IMG/VR virus record: IMGVR_UViG_3300012662_000005
Coordinates: 1 to 34,879 of that record
Strand: one strand, 5' to 3'
From: a virus
DNA length: 34,879 nucleotides
Shown here: piece after piece, positions 16,186-22,112 of the stretch
Layout of the letters: the number at the start of each line of letters is the position of its first letter
Position numbering within the stretch: the first letter of the stretch is position 1
Made by a program: the position numbers and the translations under genes
Notes under the pieces: generated by a model
The model's input: only the letters and a program-made list of their open reading frames with translations
What the model was told of the DNA's origin: nothing
Database searches by the model: none

Positions 16186-16373
16186 GAACAATAATCGCAT
16201 TGATTGCCATTGCTGGGGGCGTAATTGCCCCAGCGCAGGCGAAAGATTGCTGCCGCTGCAATGCTTGCCAGTGCCAAAGATACGAACCATCGTATAGCCG
16301 TTATTCCAGCGACAAGCACAGTTGCGCCCTCGGTCAAATCCGCGCCTATAATTACCGCCACGGGCTGAATTAA
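16182..16373 (+). CDS. small secreted cysteine-rich peptide
   Basis: 63 aa, ATGA-coupled. Signal peptide MRTIIALIAIAGGVIAPAQA|KD. The mature part begins KDCCRCNACQCQ. Contains the right copy of the 32-bp inverted repeat. Confidence 0.6.
   Translation: MRTIIALIAIAGGVIAPAQAKDCCRCNACQCQRYEPSYSRYSSDKHSCALGQIRAYNYRHGLN
16313..16344. repeat. right copy of the perfect 32-bp inverted repeat (partner 10605..10636)
   Basis: caagcacagttgcgccctcggtcaaatccgcg is the reverse complement of 10605..10636. Confidence 0.95.
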
Positions 16374-16391
16374 ATAGCAAGGGGGGAACAA

Positions 16392-16766
16392 ATGAAAGTG
16401 CGCTATATACTTTTTGACGATGTCCTGCGCAGCGATATAACAGCCCTGCATGACCGCGAAAAGCAAGCCGCGTTTTTGGACAAGCGGGGGATTGAATATC
16501 GGCATTTTGAACTGGTCACGCGCTACACCTATGATGATACCCGCCACGAAAAATATCATTGCGGCCATATCATGATGTACAACTGGGATTTTTGCCCCTA
16601 TTGCGGCGATGAAATAACATCAGGGTTCAGCGTGGCGGACGACAGCATTTCGGCGATAAAAGAATATTTCGCGAAACGCTGCGGGCGACCGATGCGCGCG
16701 GAGGAGGATGCAAAGATTACAAGTTCGGTTTGGATTAAAGTATGGGGGACTGACGATGCTAAATAA
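16392..16766 (+). CDS. hypothetical protein with a CxxC/HCGH zinc-binding candidate
   Basis: 124 aa with an exact GGGGGAACAAATG context. HCGH...CPYCGDE. Confidence 0.7.
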   Translation: MKVRYILFDDVLRSDITALHDREKQAAFLDKRGIEYRHFELVTRYTYDDTRHEKYHCGHIMMYNWDFCPYCGDEITSGFSVADDSISAIKEYFAKRCGRPMRAEEDAKITSSVWIKVWGTDDAK

Positions 16767-17169
16767 ATCGCTTGCAGATTGCGCCGCAATCATCATGACC
16801 GATGGCGACATCGTAAGTTATCATAGCCCGCTGGCAATCATCATTTATGATTATTATGCGCTGGTCAACGGCATTGAACGCCCCGCGGCGAAAGCCCGCA
16901 AGCAACGGGCGGTTGTGTCTGCGCTGGGGAAAGACCCGCGATTTGAGGTGGTATTCATGGCGGGCTGTAATCGTCCGAATTTTGTAATAAAAGGTTGCAA
17001 TGCAAAAAATTTAATCTATAATCAAAGCATGCAAGCATTGCATTTCTGGGTCTTGCCCTATGGGCGAGAATCTGCCGAGGCGTTTGTCGGACTTTGGGCC
17101 AGCGTATGCGAATCAAACCGACTTTTATTTGGGGGCGGCATAATTCCTACATTCTTTTTCTTTTTTTAA
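16756..17169 (+). CDS. hypothetical protein
   Basis: 137 aa from ATG 16756 (GGGGGACTGACG upstream), overlapping the previous stop. Ends in a poly-Phe tail encoded by a T-rich run. Confidence 0.55.
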   Translation: MLNKSLADCAAIIMTDGDIVSYHSPLAIIIYDYYALVNGIERPAAKARKQRAVVSALGKDPRFEVVFMAGCNRPNFVIKGCNAKNLIYNQSMQALHFWVLPYGRESAEAFVGLWASVCESNRLLFGGGIIPTFFFFF

Positions 17170-17330
17170 CCGCCGTCCCCGCCAAGATTCGCGCAGGCGA
17201 CTCAGACGCAATAGGGACATCCATCGGGGGGGATGGCGCGAATAACCCCCGAGCCAACTGGGGGCAAATCGGTTAAATCCACATTTCCTGAATCAGCCCC
17301 CGCCTAAAAACAATAAGAAAGGGGGAACAC

Positions 17331-17627
17331 ATGGACAAAAAGCCAATCAATGAACAGATTGTGGAGGCAATGGCACAGATTATGGCATTGGAGGACACCG
17401 CAGCGGAAACGCGTGCGGAAATTGCCCGCCGCAAAGCAGAAATCCGCGCCAAAATAAAAGAAATGGGCTTTGATACCAAAGCATTCAATAAGGTCATGCA
17501 ATCATTCAGAATCTTGTCATCGCCGCAACGCAAAGCGGAATGGCTGCAACTGCAATCCGAAATTGCCAAGATTCAGGTTGCCTTGCAGCAGCCAACATTA
17601 TTTGACGCCGTGCAGGGCTTAAAATAG
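17331..17627 (+). CDS. GapR-like (DUF2312/UPF0335-like) DNA-binding protein candidate
   Basis: 98-aa coiled-coil protein. KEMGFDTKAFNKVMQSFR...QRKAEWLQLQ resembles the GapR core GNGFDVKVLKKVVRIRK...RQEE. GGGGGAACAC upstream. Confidence 0.5.
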   Translation: MDKKPINEQIVEAMAQIMALEDTAAETRAEIARRKAEIRAKIKEMGFDTKAFNKVMQSFRILSSPQRKAEWLQLQSEIAKIQVALQQPTLFDAVQGLK

Positions 17628-17636
17628 GGGCGCGCC

Positions 17637-18143
17637 ATGCTGAAAAGAAAAACGCCTTTGAAAGCCAAAAAGCCCTTGCAGCGTCGAACCCCGCTGCGGG
17701 CAAAAGGCATTGCGCGCGCAGGAGCTGGCAGATTGACCAAACGTGCCGTCCGCACTTGGGCGCAATCGCCAAATGGCAAAGCATATTGCGCGCAATATAA
17801 GATTTGGTGCAGCAAGGTTGACGATTTGCAGGAGGCGGCATGCGGGCGCAAATTCTGCGTTGCTTGCTTTGCGCGAACAGGGCAACGGAAATTTGGCCCA
17901 ACGGTGCGTCATCACTGGATTTACCCGCGCAGCGAGGCAAGACAATACAGATTTGAACCAATCAACGGTGCGAACATTTGCCCTTACTGCCATTATCTGG
18001 CGCACAAGAATGGCAAGATTTCATTCAATGAAATGCGCCTGCTGATTGCCAAGGGCATGACTGCGCTGGGAATCTTGACCAAAGAACAAATACTGGCGGT
18101 CTATGACAAGCGTCAGCCGTCCAGCATCGCAAAGGGGGAATAA
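17637..18143 (+). CDS. HNH-type nuclease (NinG/DUF1364-like candidate)
   Basis: 168 aa. Basic repeat N-terminus KRKTPLKAKKPLQRRTPLRAK, then VRHHW...N...CPYCHYLAH. Confidence 0.5.
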   Translation: MLKRKTPLKAKKPLQRRTPLRAKGIARAGAGRLTKRAVRTWAQSPNGKAYCAQYKIWCSKVDDLQEAACGRKFCVACFARTGQRKFGPTVRHHWIYPRSEARQYRFEPINGANICPYCHYLAHKNGKISFNEMRLLIAKGMTALGILTKEQILAVYDKRQPSSIAKGE

Positions 18144-18410
18144 ATGGCAAAGATAAGAACAAAAGACCGCAAGTTCAATAAAGCGTTTGCATCGCGCTAT
18201 GGTGCTTTTTCGCTGCGGGCAAAACAACTTGCCATTGCGTGCGGGGTATCGTATCAGGCGGCGTATTACTGGCTGAACGGAAACAATAGCATCAGTTTAT
18301 CGCGATTCTTGCAATTCTGCAACAGCGCGAAACTGAATCCATCGCAAGAAATATCCGCACTGTATAAACAATGGCGGTCAATCAACAAAGAAACAGGAAC
18401 GGAGGCATAA
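18144..18410 (+). CDS. XRE/Cro-like helix-turn-helix regulator
   Basis: 88 aa. RAKQLAIACGVSYQAAYYWLNGNNSISLSRFLQFCNSAKLNP fits the HTH_3 pattern. GGGGGAATAA upstream. Confidence 0.65.
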   Translation: MAKIRTKDRKFNKAFASRYGAFSLRAKQLAIACGVSYQAAYYWLNGNNSISLSRFLQFCNSAKLNPSQEISALYKQWRSINKETGTEA

Positions 18411-18411
18411 A

Positions 18412-18657
18412 ATGGCTGAAAAGAAAAAAGGCGGACAATATCAGGGCTATGCGACCAATATCAGATTAAAAGATTGGGCGGTGGTGCTGTGCAAAACGGA
18501 TTACGCGGAGGAGGCGAACCCGAAAATTTTGGAAAAGATTATCGGCGATTCGCTGGAATTATATTTCAGGGTGAAAGGGTGCGCGCCCGATGTGCAAACA
18601 AAAATTGCGCTGGCAATCGCCGCCGATAAAAAAGTTGTTGCAAATTATAAAAAATAA
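18412..18657 (+). CDS. hypothetical protein
   Basis: 81-aa ORF with a GGAGG SD. The 3' end encodes KKVVA from the embedded promoter P3. Confidence 0.65.
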   Translation: MAEKKKGGQYQGYATNIRLKDWAVVLCKTDYAEEANPKILEKIIGDSLELYFRVKGCAPDVQTKIALAIAADKKVVANYKK

Positions 18658-18665
18658 CTTATAAT
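18638..18665 (+). promoter_or_regulatory. conserved early promoter cassette P3 (TTGCAA-N16-TATAAT)
   Basis: aaaaaagttgTTGCAA...tTATAATtaaagcacagagaaa...ctgggggaacaaATG. Confidence 0.6.
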
Positions 18666-18701
18666 TAAAGCACAGAGAAACAAAAAAAACTGGGGGAACA
18701 A

Positions 18702-19367
18702 ATGAAAGCAATAACTGATAACGCGCGGGAAATCTGGGCCGCCTTGCAGAATTTGCAAGACGAGGTCGCGCCCGTTGCAAAAGACGCGAACAACCCACAT
18801 TTTGCCAGCAAATATGCAACGCTGGAAAAGGTTATAGAATCGCTGCGCGAACCTTGCAAGAAAAGCAAGGTTGCGTATCAGCAATGGGCTGATGGTCTGG
18901 AAATCCACACAAGGGTATTCATGACAACCGATCCAACTGATTACATTGAACAGGTTTTGGAAATGGTGCTTGATGCCAATCCGCAGCGCATGGGGTCAGC
19001 GATAACATATTACCGCCGCTATTCGCTGGGATTGATATTCAACCTGCGATTTGCTGATGATGATGGCAATGCCGCCGCTGGATTGCCAGAAAGGGCGCAA
19101 AATCGCCCGCAGGTGCGCGATAATGCCCCGCGCCAAGCAACCAGCGCGCCAAAGCAACAAAATGCGCCTGCGCGCGTAAAAAAGGTGATGGGCGAATTTA
19201 ATTTCAAGCAGATGATCCAAGAATTGAAATCATGCAAGCGCAGCGCGGACATGAATCCGATTGCGAAAAAATGGGCAAACGCCTTTGATATGACGCCCGC
19301 CCAGAAAGACGCAGCGACAGATGCATACAAGCACCGCTTTAATTATTTGAAACAAATAAACCGATAA
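18702..19367 (+). CDS. erf: ERF-family single-strand annealing recombinase
   Basis: 221 aa. NPHFASKYATLEKV and GSAITYYRRYSLGLIFNLRFADDDGN match the P22 Erf core (GATSSYARKYCLNGLFGIDD). Confidence 0.8.
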   Translation: MKAITDNAREIWAALQNLQDEVAPVAKDANNPHFASKYATLEKVIESLREPCKKSKVAYQQWADGLEIHTRVFMTTDPTDYIEQVLEMVLDANPQRMGSAITYYRRYSLGLIFNLRFADDDGNAAAGLPERAQNRPQVRDNAPRQATSAPKQQNAPARVKKVMGEFNFKQMIQELKSCKRSADMNPIAKKWANAFDMTPAQKDAATDAYKHRFNYLKQINR

Positions 19368-19377
19368 GGGGGGGACA

Positions 19378-19635
19378 ATGGCAACAATGGCAAACTTTTC
19401 ATTTACAAAATCCGATTGCTACACATTATGCGACATCATAGAGTTCATTTTGGGCGATGAATTGATGGTGCAGCGATTCTGCGCAGATAATGCCCACACG
19501 CCCGCGGGCGTCCGCAAGCAACTGATGCGGTGGTATAAAGCCGCCGACAGGGCATGCGCTGTCAATCAGCATTTTGCTGAAACAGCGCAAGAACAGGACG
19601 TGCTGGCGGCGCGGATCATAATAAAGCAGGATTGA
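19378..19635 (+). CDS. hypothetical protein
   Basis: 85-aa ORF with GGGGGGGACA upstream. Confidence 0.65.
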   Translation: MATMANFSFTKSDCYTLCDIIEFILGDELMVQRFCADNAHTPAGVRKQLMRWYKAADRACAVNQHFAETAQEQDVLAARIIIKQD

Positions 19636-19643
19636 AATAGACC

Positions 19644-19760
19644 ATGGGGGTGAAAGGCACGTGGCTGAGTAAAAGGTGTAAATCTTGTCGCGGCAAGTAT
19701 CAGCCAGAACGTTTGCGCTGGCATTTTTTGACGCAAACAAATAAAGGAGCAAAAAAATGA
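19644..19760 (+). CDS. possible 38-aa CxxC mini-protein
   Basis: ATG 19644. The stop overlaps the next start (ATGA). No SD, so weak. Confidence 0.25.
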   Translation: MGVKGTWLSKRCKSCRGKYQPERLRWHFLTQTNKGAKK

Positions 19761-20281
19761 AAAAACAAAAATATCAGGAAACCCCGTATTGTTGGCAGCA
19801 AGGGAAAAATACCCCAGCTGCTGCCTACGACATTTATTTCATCACAAATAGCGGTTTTGCTTATTCAGGATACTATTCCAAAGACGAAAAGGCATACATC
19901 CGCGCTGGCGATTGGCGACAGTTTTCGCCCAGCGAAATAAAAACTTGGGCATCTTTGCTAAACGTAAGAAACAGCGCATCAACCGTAGTGCCATTTTCGG
20001 GCGAAAATGACCGAAAAATCTCGCGCCTGATGAATAGATTGAATAAAGCGCGCGCGGAAATTGCCCGCCTGAAAAGATCCAAACCTGACGATTTATTCAC
20101 GCCAGTGCCGACAATGGAGGAAATGTCGCCGATTGAACAGATTACCACATACTCATCAGTGGTAATAGATACAGGCGGCCAAAAATATCAAGTTTTAACA
20201 AAAGATACGGCGGTGCGAATCATTAAAGCCCTGAACGCCGTTATTGATGTTGTCAATAAGTTTAAGAAAAAGTGCGAATAA
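19757..20281 (+). CDS. hypothetical protein
   Basis: 174-aa ORF with an AAGGAG SD. Contains LFTPVPTMEEM, a motif shared with the portal. Confidence 0.7.
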   Translation: MKKQKYQETPYCWQQGKNTPAAAYDIYFITNSGFAYSGYYSKDEKAYIRAGDWRQFSPSEIKTWASLLNVRNSASTVVPFSGENDRKISRLMNRLNKARAEIARLKRSKPDDLFTPVPTMEEMSPIEQITTYSSVVIDTGGQKYQVLTKDTAVRIIKALNAVIDVVNKFKKKCE

Positions 20282-20294
20282 GTTGAAAATAATT

Positions 20295-20355
20295 CCCCGT
20301 CCCGCGGAAATCTGGGGCGGGGCAGTTGTAAATAAGTTCTTTACAACTGAATTTT
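20295..20355 (+). terminator. tandem hairpins (terminator region)
   Basis: ccccgtccc-N10-ggggcgggg (9 bp including one G.U), then gttgtaaa-taagttc-tttacaac (8 bp perfect), followed by tgaatttt. Confidence 0.6.
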
Positions 20356-20375
20356 AAGTTTAATGTGAGTCAATT

Positions 20376-21026
20376 ATGGAACAATTTATAAATAAAATCA
20401 TAAACGCGGATTGTATGGACATCTTGCGCCAGTTGCCCGACAAAAGCATTGATTTGGTTTTGACCGACCCGCCCTATGGAATAGATTACGGCGGCCAATT
20501 AAAGGGCAAAGGCGATGGGCGGGGGGGGGCAGACAAGTTCGGCTGGCGCGGCTGGGAAACGCCCGAATGGGACAAAGAACGCCCCTGTAAAGCAATTTTT
20601 GACGAAATCTTGCGGGTATCCAAAAATCAGATTATCTGGGGTGGAAATTATTTCGCTGACATGTTGCCCGCAAGCAAATGTTGGTTGGTCTGGGACAAAA
20701 TGCAACGCAAATTTACCGCTGCGGACGGCGAATTGGCATGGACGTCATTTGATAAATCGGTGCGGATTTTTGATTATTCACGCGCCGCCGCCCTGCAAGA
20801 CGGTAAAATTCACCCGACACAAAAGCCGTTGAAATTGATAGAATGGTGTCTATTAAATAGCAAAGAAAACGACCTAATTCTTGATTGTTTCAGCGGTTCG
20901 GGGACAACGGCGGTTGCATGCCACAATCTGCACAGGCGGTTTATCTGTGTGGAAAAAGACCCGAAATATTGGCAGCAAAGTTGTGAACGGTTGGAACAGG
21001 CAAAACGGCAAACGGTGCTTTTTTGA
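20376..21026 (+). CDS. DNA methyltransferase, beta-class N6A/N4C (MTase 2)
   Basis: LVLTDPPYGIDY, HPTQKP and ILDCFSGSGTT. Paralogous to MTase 1, including DNA-level similarity around the DPPY motif. Confidence 0.85.
   Translation: MEQFINKIINADCMDILRQLPDKSIDLVLTDPPYGIDYGGQLKGKGDGRGGADKFGWRGWETPEWDKERPCKAIFDEILRVSKNQIIWGGNYFADMLPASKCWLVWDKMQRKFTAADGELAWTSFDKSVRIFDYSRAAALQDGKIHPTQKPLKLIEWCLLNSKENDLILDCFSGSGTTAVACHNLHRRFICVEKDPKYWQQSCERLEQAKRQTVLF
20521..20529. repeat. G9 homopolymer inside MTase 2
   Basis: ggg cgg ggg ggg gca encoding GRGGA, just after the DPPY motif. Confidence 0.95.
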
Positions 21027-21241
21027 TTGCGCTGGTGGAATCACTGGATTACCCCGCAACTATTATCATCGCACAATGCGATTCAGACCGCCCAGCAATG
21101 GCGTTTGAATGCTTGGGGATTTCGCGGGCGGGCTGGCCAAATACAATTTGCGCGCGGCGATGCTTTCATGCAAAACTGGGCTCGCCTGTGGCTTTGAAAA
21201 AACAAAAAGGGGAAAATAATGAAAAAAGAAACAGCATTTGA
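21023..21241 (+). CDS. doubtful ORF (TTG start, 72 aa)
   Basis: Only ORF covering the 190-nt gap after MTase 2. No SD, and it overlaps both neighbours. Confidence 0.25.
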   Translation: MIALVESLDYPATIIIAQCDSDRPAMAFECLGISRAGWPNTICARRCFHAKLGSPVALKKQKGENNEKRNSI

Positions 21242-21434
21242 TATTTACCGCGATGCGTTCCAGTTTTGGGAAAAAGCCAGTTGGTTCAGCGTTGCAGCGC
21301 AATTCATAACACTTGTGCTTGGATTTTATAAACTGTGGTATGTGGCATTGGCAATTTGGGCGGTCTGCACCGTGATGTGCGTGCGCTATATTATCTTGCT
21401 GATGCGTGAAATTCGCAAAGGGGGCAAGCAATGA
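21219..21434 (+). CDS. small membrane protein (2 predicted TM helices)
   Basis: 71 aa with SD AAAGGGGA. Hydrophobic stretches WFSVAAQFITLVLGFY and VALAIWAVCTVMCVRYIILL. Confidence 0.65.
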   Translation: MKKETAFDIYRDAFQFWEKASWFSVAAQFITLVLGFYKLWYVALAIWAVCTVMCVRYIILLMREIRKGGKQ

Positions 21435-21574
21435 ACCCGATGCAAAGATTTATGGACGCTGATGCGGCGTGCAAAAAGCAATCGCTGCGCTGCAAATGCG
21501 GATTTCACATTTGGCAGTGGCGGTGGCTGCGATTCGGCTATTTTTGCGCATATTGCGGGAAACGCAAAAAATAA
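21431..21574 (+). CDS. 47-aa basic zinc-ribbon-like protein (below the track cutoff)
   Basis: ATGA-coupled to the previous gene. CKC...CAYCGKRKK. Last gene before the late control region. Confidence 0.5.
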   Translation: MNPMQRFMDADAACKKQSLRCKCGFHIWQWRWLRFGYFCAYCGKRKK

Positions 21575-21577
21575 TGC

Positions 21578-21607
21578 TTGACCGATTCGGTTAAAATCCG
21601 CTATAAT
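21578..21607 (+). promoter_or_regulatory. near-consensus promoter A (TTGACC-N18-TATAAT)
   Basis: Read directly from the sequence. No ORF follows it. Confidence 0.6.
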
Positions 21608-21653
21608 CTGAAACGGAAAGCAACGATTTTTTCATTGACTTTTCTCTCTTGGT

Positions 21654-21703
21654 CCGCGGCGCGTTTTGTTTCCCCAGAATAATATCGCCCGCGGGTTTTA
21701 TTT
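21654..21703 (+). terminator. terminator/attenuator-like hairpin
   Basis: ccgcggcg ... cgcccgcgg (8 bp with a 1-nt bulge, 24-nt loop) followed by GTTTTATTT. Confidence 0.4.
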
Positions 21704-21730
21704 GACAAACGCCAACAAATCACGCATAAT
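21702..21730 (+). promoter_or_regulatory. near-consensus promoter B (TTGACA-N17-CATAAT)
   Basis: Read directly from the sequence, ~30 nt upstream of a terminator hairpin. Confidence 0.55.
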
Positions 21731-21759
21731 AATAATACACATCTCCTATTGTTGTGGCA

Positions 21760-21796
21760 GCCCCGTCCGACTTTATCTCTCTCGCGGGGCTTTTTT
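21760..21796 (+). terminator. rho-independent terminator
   Basis: gccccg-N19-cggggc followed by TTTTTT. Confidence 0.65.
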
Positions 21797-21865
21797 GTGA
21801 CTTATTCAAAAAAACGAATTGTCTTAAAAGTATGCAATTTGCGCCGAGCAAATGGCTATTTTTGC

Positions 21866-21895
21866 TTGACAGCCCAGCGCAGACGGTGGTATTTT
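21866..21895 (+). promoter_or_regulatory. promoter C (TTGACA-N18-TATTTT with an upstream TGg extended -10)
   Basis: Read directly from the sequence, ~215 nt upstream of the ParB-MTase start. Confidence 0.55.
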
Positions 21896-21917
21896 CAGAT
21901 TGAAAGGGAAAACAGGT

Positions 21918-22112
21918 TTGCGCAGCAATCAGGAAATCTTGGCAATATTGCAAAAATCAAGGCAGTTGTCGGCATTCGCGAAATTTTGCGGAATGTCGCG
22001 CGATGGGGTAAAAAGGCGATTAAATAGGCAATCGCCCGCTGGCAAATGCCTACTTTTTTGGCAATACCTGCTTTTTTTGGACAACCGCGCGGAAATAAAG
22101 GGGATAAAATGA
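21918..22112 (+). CDS. candidate TTG-initiated small HTH protein (64 aa; 70 aa from TTG 21900)
   Basis: AAAGGGA SD-like element then TTG. QEILAILQKSRQLSAFAKFCGMSRDGVKRRLN looks like a helix-turn-helix. The stop overlaps ATG 22109 as ATGA. No ATG start, and the C-terminal half is odd. Confidence 0.3.
   Translation: MRSNQEILAILQKSRQLSAFAKFCGMSRDGVKRRLNRQSPAGKCLLFWQYLLFLDNRAEIKGIK

Noticed and set aside
10605-16344. Gin/Hin/Cin-type invertible segment switching the tail fibre (32-bp inverted repeats resemble the 34-bp repeats of the Mu G segment)
   Set aside because: No serine invertase or any other recombinase gene is present. The 32-mer has no internal dyad symmetry like gix/hix sites. The frame that would be fused after inversion (minus ORF 15990..16568) looks like a shadow ORF, not a fibre domain. 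The repeat itself is real and is reported as a finding.
15990-16568. 192-aa minus-strand ORF spanning the right inverted-repeat copy
   Set aside because: It overlaps two well-supported + strand genes that have canonical SDs, has no SD or promoter of its own, and has low-complexity, odd composition.
17170-17330. Possible tRNA (ggttaaatcc resembles a T-loop)
   Set aside because: I could not build an acceptor stem, D arm or anticodon arm around it, and flanking complementarity is lacking. A tRNAscan-SE run would settle it.
21749-22027. 92-aa + strand ORF, and minus-strand ORFs (21720..21953, 21895..22143, 21929..22156), in the late control region
   Set aside because: The + strand ORF has a non-ATG start and none of them has an SD. 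They run through promoter and terminator elements and show no domain-like sequence. Only the 21900/21918 frame, which has an HTH-like stretch, was kept as a low-confidence candidate.
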